A stretch of DNA of 64,000 nt, taken from NCBI GenBank assembly GCA_016840085.1, contig JAEOTA010000004.1, positions 160,001 through 224,000 on the forward strand, written 5' to 3'. The position numbers and the translations under genes were made by a program. The notes below the pieces were generated by a model that worked only from the letters and a program-made list of their open reading frames with translations, was not told the origin of the DNA and did not search any database. Below, in pieces: positions 42,402-52,279 of the stretch (position 1 is its first letter; every line of letters begins with the position of its first letter). This DNA is from Promethearchaeota archaeon. GTDB lineage: Archaea > Asgardarchaeota > Lokiarchaeia > Sigyniarchaeales > SOKP01.

Positions 42402-42878
42402 ATGAACATATCATTTGAAATGATTATGAATTACATTTTAGATTACCTATTAAAGGAAAAAGAAATAATTCCAACAGAAGAATTAGCAAATAGATTAAAG
42501 AGATATTTTATTAAACAGTTTGAGCTTACAGAAGAAGAATTGAATAATGTGAGGAATCAATCTTTTGATAAAAAACTTAAAATAAGAATGAGAAAAGTCT
42601 GTAAATATTTTGAGGAATATGGCTTAGTTCTTCAATTGGATTCAGATTGTTTTAGGGTTACTGAATTAGCTTCTAAACTCAAAGAAGAAAATAATACTAT
42701 TGATAAAAATGCTATTATAAGAAATAGAGATCTACATCATAATCTATATGCCAAAATAACTGGAGATGAAAAATATTTATATGAAGATGATGTTGTTAGC
42801 CTTTTAGATATGGATGTTGTTGAAGAAGAGGAACCAATCATAAAAGAAAAAAAGAACGATACAATTCCATTAATATAA
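42402..42878 (+). CDS. Mrr N-terminal-like winged-helix protein without a nuclease domain
   Basis: FELTEEEL...RMRKVCKYFEEYGLV...FRVTE pattern; no PD-(D/E)xK domain follows. Confidence 0.6.
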   Translation: MNISFEMIMNYILDYLLKEKEIIPTEELANRLKRYFIKQFELTEEELNNVRNQSFDKKLKIRMRKVCKYFEEYGLVLQLDSDCFRVTELASKLKEENNTIDKNAIIRNRDLHHNLYAKITGDEKYLYEDDVVSLLDMDVVEEEEPIIKEKKNDTIPLI

Positions 42879-43216
42879 TTTTTTCATATTTTTTTCTTTA
42901 AAATTGAAGTCAAAATGAATTATATTAATATTTAGATTATGTAAATATGAAACTCTTAATGGAAAATGATGGGATTTTTAAAATTGGAGTTTTTGAAATT
43001 ATTAAAATTAAAAAATCAAATTTATTTGTTCTCTTATATTTTGTTGAATTTAATTTTTAACAAATAGAATATTATCAATAACAAGTGAAAATTAAAAAAA
43101 TAAAAATTATGTTCACTAAATTTTATTCTATTAAAAATTACTTTATTTCACTAAGATTAATTGAATTATCATTTAAATCTAAAATATTATAATAAATAAA
43201 GGGGATCTTTTATTCT

Positions 43217-44521
43217 TTGAATGAAGAAGAATACAAACAGATGATTAAACGCTGTCTCCGTTGTTCTATATGCAAGTGGATTCCGCAGCTACAAATCAAA
43301 AGCCAAAAGTATGCAACAATATGCCCGTCCATAGATTTGTTTAATTATCATGCATATAGTGCAGGAGGTCGTATTATTTTAGCTTTAGCTTTAGAAATGG
43401 GAAGACTAAAACCCTCACCAGAATTACGGGATATTGTGTATAAATGTACTGCATGTGGTGGCTGTGATGTTGCTTGTAAGTTTTTGAATACTTTAGAACC
43501 ACTAGAAATCATCATGAAACTAAGAGAAAGATTAGTCAATGCTGGATATGGTCCTATGCCCAAACAACAGCAATATATCGAAGCTGTAAAAAAATTTAAT
43601 AATCCCTATAATGAACCTCATGAAAAGAGAATGAATTGGCTCCCTGATGATATCAAGCTTGATCCAAACGCAAAAATTCTGTATTTTGTAGGCTGTACTT
43701 CATCTTATAGAAGGAAAGAAATAGCTGTAGCAACTACTAAGATTATGCAAGCTGTGGGAGTCTCTTTCAATATTATACAACATGAAGAATATTGTTGTGG
43801 TAGCCCTGTTTTAAGAACTGGAGATGTTAAGACTTTTAAAGAATATCTTAACAAAAATCTTGATGTGATTGAATCAAAAGGAATAGAAACGGTAGTTTTT
43901 AGTTGTGCTGGGTGTTATGATACATTTAAAGTCGATTATCCTCTCTATAGAAAATATAATTTTCGCGTCCTTCATACAGTAGAATTTTTTAATGAATTAC
44001 TTGAGAAGGAGCATTTACACTTTACAAAAGAGGTGCCTTTAACAGTCACATATCACGATCCATGCCATTTAGGTAGAAATGCTGAAAAGTATGAGGAATG
44101 GGATGGTGATACCGTAAATTTAATGTCGCTGGTGTCTATTAATATTCCACCTAAACCTAAACGGACGGGTTCACAAGGTATCTATGATGTTCCACGAAAT
44201 ATTTTGAAAAAAATACCTGGATTAAATTTTGTTGAGATGGAAAGAATCAAAGAATACTCTTATTGTTGTGGAGCGGGTGCTGGAGTTAAATCTGCTTTTC
44301 CAGACTTTGCACTTAAAACAGCTAAAATTAGAATAGAAGAAGCACAAGATACAGGAGCAGAAGTCATTATATCAGCATGTCCCTTTTGTTCAACAAATTT
44401 ACAAGATGCAATTAAAGAAAGTGGCTCCAAATTAAAATTTTATGATATCAGTGAATTAATCCTAATGGCTCTCAAATTTGATATTAAAACTTCTAAACAA
44501 ATAGCAGAGGAGGTAACATAG
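43217..44521 (+). CDS. Fe-S oxidoreductase with CCG domains (GlcF/HdrD-like)
   Basis: CLRCSIC...CP, CTACGGC, YFVGC, CCGSP, YHDPCHLGR, CCGAGAG, ACPFC. Confidence 0.92.
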   Translation: MNEEEYKQMIKRCLRCSICKWIPQLQIKSQKYATICPSIDLFNYHAYSAGGRIILALALEMGRLKPSPELRDIVYKCTACGGCDVACKFLNTLEPLEIIMKLRERLVNAGYGPMPKQQQYIEAVKKFNNPYNEPHEKRMNWLPDDIKLDPNAKILYFVGCTSSYRRKEIAVATTKIMQAVGVSFNIIQHEEYCCGSPVLRTGDVKTFKEYLNKNLDVIESKGIETVVFSCAGCYDTFKVDYPLYRKYNFRVLHTVEFFNELLEKEHLHFTKEVPLTVTYHDPCHLGRNAEKYEEWDGDTVNLMSLVSINIPPKPKRTGSQGIYDVPRNILKKIPGLNFVEMERIKEYSYCCGAGAGVKSAFPDFALKTAKIRIEEAQDTGAEVIISACPFCSTNLQDAIKESGSKLKFYDISELILMALKFDIKTSKQIAEEVT

Positions 44522-46087
44522 ATGGTTCTTAAGAAGGAGATTTACAAGGATTTCGAAAAAATCGTTGGGACTGAAAATATAAATGATGGTGAAGTAATGA
44601 CTAATGTCTATGCATATAATTGGTGCATGGAAATCTTCAATTATATGGATGATAAAGAACCAATTCCCTTTTCCCCCGTTCCAAAAGCAATTATTTTGCC
44701 ATCAACAACAGAGGAAGTTCAAAACATTGTAAAATTATGTAACAAATATGGAATCCAATTTAAAGTCCAATCTACGGGTCTTGGGCCTTGGAACCAGCCC
44801 TCTACTGATAATTGCATCATTTTTGATATGCGTAGGATGAATAAAATCGTTAAAATTGACGAAAAAAACCTTTATGCCGTAATAGAACCATATGTGAGTG
44901 GTGCACAACTACAGGCAGAACTAATGAAATATAATCTTAATTGCCACATGCCTGGTGCTGGACCTATGGTTTCTCCATTAGCAAGTCATACTTCGATGAA
45001 TGGTCCTGGTTTTACTTCTCCTCAAACAGGACATTCTGCTCGTAATGTGTTAGGTGTCGAATGGGTATTACCTGATGGAGAGATTTTAAGATTAGGTTCT
45101 CTTGGTCTTAAAAATGGATCTGATTGGTATTATGGTGATGGTCCAGGTCCTAGTTTAAGGGGGATCATGCGGGGTTGGGCAGGTGCGAAATCTGGTATTG
45201 GTGTGTTCACTCGAGTAGCTATAAAATTATTTCCCTATCCTTGTAGTACAGAATATAATATTAAAGGATGTTCTCCTGATTATGATTTTGATATCCCTAA
45301 TTTTATGAAATTATATGTAATGGATTGCGGGAACTTTAAGAAGCTCGAATCCACTATGCTAAGAGTGGAAGAGGAGGAAATTTCATTAATGTGTAGTTAT
45401 TTAAGTGGTTTTGCGGTAATGGCCATTTTTTCAAATTCTATTGAGAGTTTAATGGATAAACTGACTATCGGAAGGATGAAAACCCCTATTGTAGTGTTAA
45501 TCACTGGTCGCACAAAAAGAGAATTTGAATATAAACAAAAAGTTATGGAACAAATTTTACAAGAGTTTAAGTTAAAGAACATAATTGGAAAAATTTATAC
45601 ACCCAAACCAATTTTTTATGCTGAAGCTTTACGCTCTAATCTAGGATTGCATGGATTCATAGCTACGGGAGGTTTTCAGTCATCTAAAGGGGGAGCAGAT
45701 ACAGCAGCGGTATGCCTTCGCAGCACGAAAATGAATATTCCTTTGAAGAAAAAATATATTAAAAAAGGAGCACTCGCCAATGATTTAGGAGAAGGCACAT
45801 GGATGACTTCTTACGAATCTGGACACTATTTCCATATGGAATCACCCACTATGTTTGATCAAACAGATGAAAATAGTGTTAAAGGAATGGCAGAATATAT
45901 GGAAGAAAGTAATCAATTAGACCTACTTAAGCATCTAGGTGCTCCATTTTTCGTAGAAGGAACGCGAATGCATGATTTATTTGGACCCCATATGTCTAAT
46001 TATCATATATGGCTTAGAAAGATTAAAGAAGTATTTGATCCAAATAATATTGCGGATTCTGGATTTTATATTTCACCAAAGAATTAA
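44522..46087 (+). CDS. FAD-binding oxidoreductase (VAO/PCMH, GlcD-like)
   Basis: LPSTTEEVQ, DMRRMNKI, IEPYVS, EWVLPDGEI, KEVFDPNN. Confidence 0.9.
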   Translation: MVLKKEIYKDFEKIVGTENINDGEVMTNVYAYNWCMEIFNYMDDKEPIPFSPVPKAIILPSTTEEVQNIVKLCNKYGIQFKVQSTGLGPWNQPSTDNCIIFDMRRMNKIVKIDEKNLYAVIEPYVSGAQLQAELMKYNLNCHMPGAGPMVSPLASHTSMNGPGFTSPQTGHSARNVLGVEWVLPDGEILRLGSLGLKNGSDWYYGDGPGPSLRGIMRGWAGAKSGIGVFTRVAIKLFPYPCSTEYNIKGCSPDYDFDIPNFMKLYVMDCGNFKKLESTMLRVEEEEISLMCSYLSGFAVMAIFSNSIESLMDKLTIGRMKTPIVVLITGRTKREFEYKQKVMEQILQEFKLKNIIGKIYTPKPIFYAEALRSNLGLHGFIATGGFQSSKGGADTAAVCLRSTKMNIPLKKKYIKKGALANDLGEGTWMTSYESGHYFHMESPTMFDQTDENSVKGMAEYMEESNQLDLLKHLGAPFFVEGTRMHDLFGPHMSNYHIWLRKIKEVFDPNNIADSGFYISPKN

Positions 46088-46099
46088 TAAGTTAGTAAT

Positions 46100-46516
46100 A
46101 TGTCAGAATTGAAAGTAGAAAATAAAAAAGTAAGAGGTTTTGCGGGGCTAGTTAAAAATATGCTTGCCCCTTTAAATGAAAATGAGAAATTCAAGGAAAA
46201 ATTTCAAAATATTGATGTGAAAATTCTCATAAACGCAGTAAATGTAAATTTTGCAGCATTAATTATCATTGATAATGGAAAATTAACAGTAGAGAGTATC
46301 CCAAATAAACCAAAAGAAAATTTAAGAAAGAAAAATACGGGTTGGAGTGCATTCATAGAGATGGATACACAGATTTTTCTTGCATTTGTTATGAATCGAA
46401 TTTCTTTATTTGGAATAGCTAAAAAATGGGTAACTCGCAAAATAAGACTGAAGGGAATCATGAAATTACTCAATTTATTGAAATTGTTGAGACTATTAAT
46501 AAAAAACAATAAATAG
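46100..46516 (+). CDS. SCP2 sterol-carrier-like lipid-binding protein
   Basis: C-terminal pattern IEMDTQIFL...WVTRKIRLKGIMKLL typical of SCP2 folds. Confidence 0.65.
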   Translation: MSELKVENKKVRGFAGLVKNMLAPLNENEKFKEKFQNIDVKILINAVNVNFAALIIIDNGKLTVESIPNKPKENLRKKNTGWSAFIEMDTQIFLAFVMNRISLFGIAKKWVTRKIRLKGIMKLLNLLKLLRLLIKNNK

Positions 46517-46558
46517 ATTATGTTTTGTAAAAACTAAGAAATAAGAGAGAATATTATT

Positions 46559-47605
46559 ATGAGTGAAAAGATTAAAGAAAAATGGTTGGGGCCTGGTCGA
46601 AAAGATGGAGAAATAAAGCCTATCCGACCAAAAGATGATGCATTACATATAGATATGAAAAAGAGAGGTACTATAGAATGGTGGTATTTTGATGCTCGCC
46701 TTGAAAATGGATATACAATTGTTGGTTTTTTTCGTGCAAAACACGAAAGAACAGGGAAGACTGGGGTAGAAATAACGGTTTATAAACCAAATGGTGAAAA
46801 AATCCAGAAAATTTTCGATTATAGCCATTCTGATTTTAATGCTTCTCAAGATTTAGCTGAAGTTCAAATTGGCAAAAATTATATAAAGGTTGGTTATTCT
46901 AACGAAAGTTTTCCTGTATATAAAGTGTTTATAGATGAAGGTGAATATGGTTTTCACTTAAAGTATACTGCATTAGTTCACGGCTGGAAACCTGGAACTG
47001 GATACATTGAGTTTGGTAAATCAAATTATTTTGGATGGTGCATAGCTCTTCCTCGAGCAAGTGTAGAAGGAATTATTAAAGTTCACAATCAAACAATTCA
47101 AGTAAAAGGAATTGGATATCACGATCATAATTGGTTAAATTTTAATTTTGCTTTAATAATAGATTATTGGTATTGGGGACGGATATACTCTGAAAATTTC
47201 ACAGTTGTTTTTGCATATATTAAATGCAATAAAAAAATGCATAATTATCCAATTAAAGTGCTTATGATTGCTAAAAATGAAAATATTATCCTTAGTACAG
47301 GAGAATATGAGTTGATCCAAGATAATTTTAACTACAATGATAGGGCTGGGAATAAATATCCAAATCTTCTAAAGATCATTGTTCCTCAACAGCATGAAAT
47401 TATTCTTAATGTTCAAGAGATTATTGATGCTGATAATTTGCTTTTTGAATTAAATCCCATCACACGTTTTATAGCAAAAAACCTCTTAAAATTAAAACCT
47501 GGGTATTTTAGGTTAAATTCTAACTTCATACTTAATATAACACATGAGGGGAAATCATATAGAGAAACAGGAAGCACACTGCACGAAATGGTTATTACAA
47601 AATAA
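46559..47605 (+). CDS. CrtC/AttH/lipocalin-like protein (hydratase/cyclase fold)
   Basis: EWWYFDA, GYHDHNW and WYWGR motifs. Confidence 0.8.
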   Translation: MSEKIKEKWLGPGRKDGEIKPIRPKDDALHIDMKKRGTIEWWYFDARLENGYTIVGFFRAKHERTGKTGVEITVYKPNGEKIQKIFDYSHSDFNASQDLAEVQIGKNYIKVGYSNESFPVYKVFIDEGEYGFHLKYTALVHGWKPGTGYIEFGKSNYFGWCIALPRASVEGIIKVHNQTIQVKGIGYHDHNWLNFNFALIIDYWYWGRIYSENFTVVFAYIKCNKKMHNYPIKVLMIAKNENIILSTGEYELIQDNFNYNDRAGNKYPNLLKIIVPQQHEIILNVQEIIDADNLLFELNPITRFIAKNLLKLKPGYFRLNSNFILNITHEGKSYRETGSTLHEMVITK

Positions 47606-47654
47606 GCTGATGCTATTTTATATAAATTTTAAAAAACAACTAACTTTCTTTTCT

Positions 47655-48347
47655 TTATTTTTCGTCTAAAGCTTTTTTAGGAAATAATCGCTCTTTTAAT
47701 TTAACTGTACTTGTTTCCATATCATAATCTACAAGTCCGACTTTCGCTAATTCCTGAACAGCCCTTAAAACAAACGCACCAGAAATTCCAGTAGTGTTCT
47801 TTATTTCCTCTCGCGACATAGATTCTTTATCACCGTGGAGAATTTTTAAAATACGATAATGTGGCTGGCCCTCCCAGATTTCTGATACTAAAACTGTATA
47901 AATTGAGAGTAAAGCGCGTACTCGTTCAAAATTAAATTCAGCTTCTTCAGCTTCTTCAGCTACCTTCATAAATTTCTCTAATTCAACCTTCACTTTTTTA
48001 TATTCATCTAATAATTTTATTTGTTCTTCTGTTAAAGAGCCAATTTTTTGATCTCTCTCTTGTTTTTCTAATTCAAGTTTCTTTGTCTCTTCCTCTAATT
48101 TTTTCTTATCGATCTCTAATTGTTGCTTTTCATTTTCCAACTTACTTTTTGCTTCTTCTAATTGTATTTTCTCGGTTTCAAGTTTCTCCTTAATTTTACT
48201 TAACTCTACTTTATCGGTTTCAAGTTTAATTAATGCAGTTCTAGAGGTTTCCAAAATATCTATAAATTCTTTAAAACTTGATTCAGCAGCTTGAATTGTT
48301 TCATCAATAATATTTAAGGTCTTATCTTTATCTGACATTGGAATCAC
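47655..48347 (-). CDS. coiled-coil protein with C-terminal winged helix
   Basis: LExEKxK heptads followed by ILKILHGDKESMSREEIKNTTGIS...VQELAKVGLVDY. Confidence 0.8.
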   Translation of the reverse strand: MIPMSDKDKTLNIIDETIQAAESSFKEFIDILETSRTALIKLETDKVELSKIKEKLETEKIQLEEAKSKLENEKQQLEIDKKKLEEETKKLELEKQERDQKIGSLTEEQIKLLDEYKKVKVELEKFMKVAEEAEEAEFNFERVRALLSIYTVLVSEIWEGQPHYRILKILHGDKESMSREEIKNTTGISGAFVLRAVQELAKVGLVDYDMETSTVKLKERLFPKKALDEK

Positions 48348-48444
48348 ATTTATTATTTTTTATTAATACTAATAAAGATTCATTGTCTAATTAAAAAGTT
48401 ATATAAAATAATTATACCTCATATTAAGAACTTAATTTTATTTC

Positions 48445-48768
48445 TTATTCTATAACCTCATTATATAGTTCCTTAAGATATTCTTTAATTTTCTCAAAAT
48501 GATTTTTCCCCAATTCTGTAATAGAGTAATATTTTCGAATTCTTCCACTTACATTTCGTTTTTCTAAAGATAAAAAACCTGAAAATGTTAATCTATTTAA
48601 CCATGGATACAATGTCCCATCTGAAATATTATATTCATGCACAGTTAACTCATTTTTTAACCATGAACCATAAAACGGTTCTTTACTAGCATGATATAAA
48701 ATGTGTACTAAGATCGAACCTTTTTGAAATCTTCTTAAAGGATTTATTGACTTCATTTCAAGAGTCAC
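48445..48768 (-). CDS. PadR family transcriptional regulator
   Basis: HILYHA...YG, ISDGTLYPWLNRL, RKYYSITELG. Confidence 0.92.
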   Translation of the reverse strand: MTLEMKSINPLRRFQKGSILVHILYHASKEPFYGSWLKNELTVHEYNISDGTLYPWLNRLTFSGFLSLEKRNVSGRIRKYYSITELGKNHFEKIKEYLKELYNEVIE

Positions 48769-48840
48769 AATTTTTTACTTTTTAGTCAATTATAATCGAA
48801 AATTCAATAATATTAATAAAAAATAATATATATTTAATAT

Positions 48841-48868
48841 TATCGAAAATCGATATCGTTAATCGATA
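48841..48868. promoter_or_regulatory. two overlapping TATCG-N5-CGATA palindromes, candidate PadR operator
   Basis: TATCGAAAATCGATA (48841-48855) and TATCGTTAATCGATA (48854-48868) between divergent padR and MFS genes. Confidence 0.7.
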
Positions 48869-48913
48869 TTAATGGAATTTAATATAATAATATAGTCATA
48901 ATACTAATTGAAA

Positions 48914-50152
48914 ATGTCTGAAAATAATGAATCAAATGAAAAGACTGGTCAAAAACAGAAAATGGTTTTAGGAGTCTCAATACCTGTTTTCATTATGGGA
49001 CTCGTTTCATTTTTTACTGATGTATCATCAGAGATGATTCAAGCGATTTTGCCTTTATTTATTGTTTCTATTGGTGGAACTGTGTTAATTTTAGGGCTGA
49101 TTTCAGGAGTTACTACTGCACTCTCAAATATTATGAAGGGACTTTCAGGCTGGTTGAGTGATAAAATCAACAAGAGAAAGCCATTTGTTGTTGCAGGATA
49201 TTCTATCTCTAATCTTTCTAAACCTTTTATTGGTTTTAGTCCTTCATGGCAATATATTCTGGGATTAAAAGCAACAGATCGCTTTGGTAAAGGCTTACGA
49301 ACATCTGCAAGAGATACGCTAATTTCTTATTATGCTGTTGAGAGAGGTAAAGCTTTTGGAATACATCGCGCGATGGATACTTTTGGAGCTGTGGTTGGTT
49401 CTCTCTTAGCATCTATATTCCTGCTTTGGGCATGGGCTTATTCACAAATAATCTTTTTTTCAATTTTCCCTGGTTTATTTGCGATTTTTTTTATTTTAAT
49501 AGTAAAAGATGTTGATCCAACTAAATTAGACGAAACCAAGTTTAAGTATTATGGAGTACCAAAAGTAGATAAAATAGACAGAAATTTTATAAAATTAATT
49601 ATCATTTTAGGAGTAATAGAATTTGCAAGCTTAGATATTGCATTCCTTATTATTAGATCATGTGATTATGTTGGATCACTACTTTTCATAATACCACTGT
49701 TATATCTCCTTAGTAATGTAGTTTATATGCTTCTTTCACCTATAACAGGGACAATCTCAGATAAGATCGGACGCAAGTCTGTCATTGTTGTCGGTTTATC
49801 AGTATTATTATTTTCTTGTATTTTATTGGCATTTTCTATTGAAGTTTCATTGTTTTCCTTAATATTGATTATTATAATTTACATATTGTATGGCTTCTAT
49901 CTGTCTTCTGTAGATCCAATTTCGAGAGCGTATATCGCCGACTTAGCAGGTAAAAATAAGCGAGGTAGAGCCTACGGATATTATTATTTATCTGTTGGAC
50001 TTATATCTATGGTAGAGTCTTTGATTTTTGGGTTAATTTACGATTTGTTTTCGTTTAGTTGGGCCTTCATTTACATTTCAATTTTGTTGTTCTTTTGTAT
50101 AATAGTATTTATTATAACTGATTTCTCGAAGATTATTCAAAAGAAAGATTAA
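48914..50152 (+). CDS. MFS transporter
   Basis: VSFFTDVSSEMI, GWLSDKINKRK, DRFGKGLRT, GTISDKIGRK; 12 TM segments. Confidence 0.93.
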   Translation: MSENNESNEKTGQKQKMVLGVSIPVFIMGLVSFFTDVSSEMIQAILPLFIVSIGGTVLILGLISGVTTALSNIMKGLSGWLSDKINKRKPFVVAGYSISNLSKPFIGFSPSWQYILGLKATDRFGKGLRTSARDTLISYYAVERGKAFGIHRAMDTFGAVVGSLLASIFLLWAWAYSQIIFFSIFPGLFAIFFILIVKDVDPTKLDETKFKYYGVPKVDKIDRNFIKLIIILGVIEFASLDIAFLIIRSCDYVGSLLFIIPLLYLLSNVVYMLLSPITGTISDKIGRKSVIVVGLSVLLFSCILLAFSIEVSLFSLILIIIIYILYGFYLSSVDPISRAYIADLAGKNKRGRAYGYYYLSVGLISMVESLIFGLIYDLFSFSWAFIYISILLFFCIIVFIITDFSKIIQKKD

Positions 50153-50183
50153 ATTAATAAAATAAAATTTAATATTTGCTTTT

Positions 50184-50969
50184 ATGAATAATAAATATTG
50201 TTTAACCTCTGAAGATGTTATAAATGTTGCAATTGAGTCTTCTGGGAAAAGTAAAAAGGATTTTGAAGTTGATCCTAATATTTTCTTAATATTTTCAAGT
50301 TCTTTATTAGAATTTTTAACGGAAAAAGCTAAATTAGAACCTTCTGAATGGTTAATGCCATTTCACCCCTATGCAGGTCCAGAAAAAATCTTTAGAGGTA
50401 AATATCATGATATCCCCATTACTGTGTTAATTCCACCAATGGGTGCTTCGCCAATAGCTTCAATCGCAGAAGATTTAATTCAATGTGGAGCAAAAGTCAT
50501 TCTTCTTGTATGTGGTTCTTGGGGCATTGGCAAAGAAGTAAAAGTGCTTGATTACTTAATACCAACTCATGGCTTAGGTCCTGATGGAACATCAATCCAT
50601 TACGGAAGAAAAATAGAAGAAGAAATAGAGATTGATAAAGATATAAAGGATATTCTTGCTGTAGAAACTCAGAAAAGAACTGAAAAATACCACATTGGGA
50701 AAAATTACTCAAAAGAAGCATTCTATACAATAACACAAGAGGAAGTTTACAATCTTCAAGAAAGAGGATGCATCTCGATGGAAAATGGGGAACTAAATGT
50801 ACTAGCAACAATATGCAAAAAAAAAAATGTAAAATTTGGTGCTATTTTTTATAGTTATTACAATCCTCTTGAAGGATGGAGAATTCCATGGATTGAAGAT
50901 CAGTATAAAAACTGTGTACATATTGAAGGAGAAATTGCTCTAGCAACGCTGGAAAAAATCATTAGCTGA
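50184..50969 (+). CDS. nucleoside phosphorylase (PNP/UDP family)
   Basis: MGASP...EDLIQCGAK...GSWG, DGTSIHY, SMENG. Confidence 0.8.
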   Translation: MNNKYCLTSEDVINVAIESSGKSKKDFEVDPNIFLIFSSSLLEFLTEKAKLEPSEWLMPFHPYAGPEKIFRGKYHDIPITVLIPPMGASPIASIAEDLIQCGAKVILLVCGSWGIGKEVKVLDYLIPTHGLGPDGTSIHYGRKIEEEIEIDKDIKDILAVETQKRTEKYHIGKNYSKEAFYTITQEEVYNLQERGCISMENGELNVLATICKKKNVKFGAIFYSYYNPLEGWRIPWIEDQYKNCVHIEGEIALATLEKIIS

Positions 50970-50978
50970 ATATCTTTA

Positions 50979-52238
50979 TTATTGTGTCCATAATTCAGCT
51001 AAATATATTAGCACCTCAGCGGCTTTTTGTAAAGCCAAAGTAGGTATATACTCTTTTCTAGAGTGAAATAATTCTCCTCCAGTAAAAATATTAGGTGTAG
51101 GAATTCCTTTAGCACTGAGTTGAGCCCCATCAGTACCTCCTCTAATAGCGTGAATTTTAACTTCTAGTCCAGCTAGTTCTATTGCTTTTTGAGCTAAATC
51201 TATGACTTTTTGTTCTTTCTCTAAATATCTAAACATATTTTCATATTGATGTTCAAAATTTAATTCAATTTCTAAGCCAGGATACCGAATTTCATATAGA
51301 TTTTTCATAGTTTTGAGATAATCCAGTCGCCTTTGATTTCTTTTTATATCAAAATCTCTAATCAATAGTCTTGCTGTAGCCTCTTCTGCTTTTCCTTGAA
51401 GTTTGGTTAAATGAAAAAATCCTTCCTTTTCTTCTGTATGTTCTGGTGATTCAGATTCAGGTAATTCACTAAAGAATCTGCAAGCAATATGTATTGCATT
51501 TAACATTTTATTCTTTGCATATCCGGGATGAACACTTAGACCTTTAAACTTAAACGTTGCCAACCAAGCGTCAAAACATTCGAATTCTAATTCACCCATT
51601 TCACCTCCATCTAAAGTATAACATATTTTAGGAAGCCTTTTCTCATCAACCTTAAGAATTGAATGTTTTCCTGTTTCTTCATCGGTTGTAAAACAAATTG
51701 TTATTGGTCCATGCTTTAATTCTGAATATTTTTTCCAAGAAGCACACGCTGCCATAATTTCTGCAATGCCTGCTTTGTCGTCAGCACCAAGTAGTGTATC
51801 ACCTTGTGAAGTAATTATATCAAGACCAATATAATTTTCTAAATTAGGGGAATCTGTAATTGTTAAACTTAAATCTTTATTTTGGACGTATTTTATTTCA
51901 CTTACATCATAATTTTTATGAATAACAGGTTTTACATCTTTACCATTTACAGCAGAGGAGGTATCTAAATGTGCTAATAACCCTATAGTTTTAACCTGCT
52001 CACAACCTTGACTTGGTGGAAGATCAGCATATACAAATCCCAAATCATCTTGAATAACATTTTCTAACCCAAGTTGCTTTAATTCTTCTACTAATATTTT
52101 TCCTAATTCAAATTGATTATCTGTTGATGGAAAAGAAGAGGAACTCTCATCCGAGGTCGTCCAAATCTTAACATATCGTAAAAATCTTTCTAATGCATCA
52201 TTTAATAAAAATTCTTGAATCTCTTTCGATATAGCCAT
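50979..52238 (-). CDS. pepT: peptidase T (M20B)
   Basis: AHLDT, TLLGADDKAG, DEE, HPGYAK, IRGGTDG, PNIFTGG, FHS. Confidence 0.95.
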   Translation of the reverse strand: MAISKEIQEFLLNDALERFLRYVKIWTTSDESSSSFPSTDNQFELGKILVEELKQLGLENVIQDDLGFVYADLPPSQGCEQVKTIGLLAHLDTSSAVNGKDVKPVIHKNYDVSEIKYVQNKDLSLTITDSPNLENYIGLDIITSQGDTLLGADDKAGIAEIMAACASWKKYSELKHGPITICFTTDEETGKHSILKVDEKRLPKICYTLDGGEMGELEFECFDAWLATFKFKGLSVHPGYAKNKMLNAIHIACRFFSELPESESPEHTEEKEGFFHLTKLQGKAEEATARLLIRDFDIKRNQRRLDYLKTMKNLYEIRYPGLEIELNFEHQYENMFRYLEKEQKVIDLAQKAIELAGLEVKIHAIRGGTDGAQLSAKGIPTPNIFTGGELFHSRKEYIPTLALQKAAEVLIYLAELWTQ

Positions 52239-52279
52239 TATAATTCATTCTTAACTTTTTAGTTATTATTAAGAAATTT

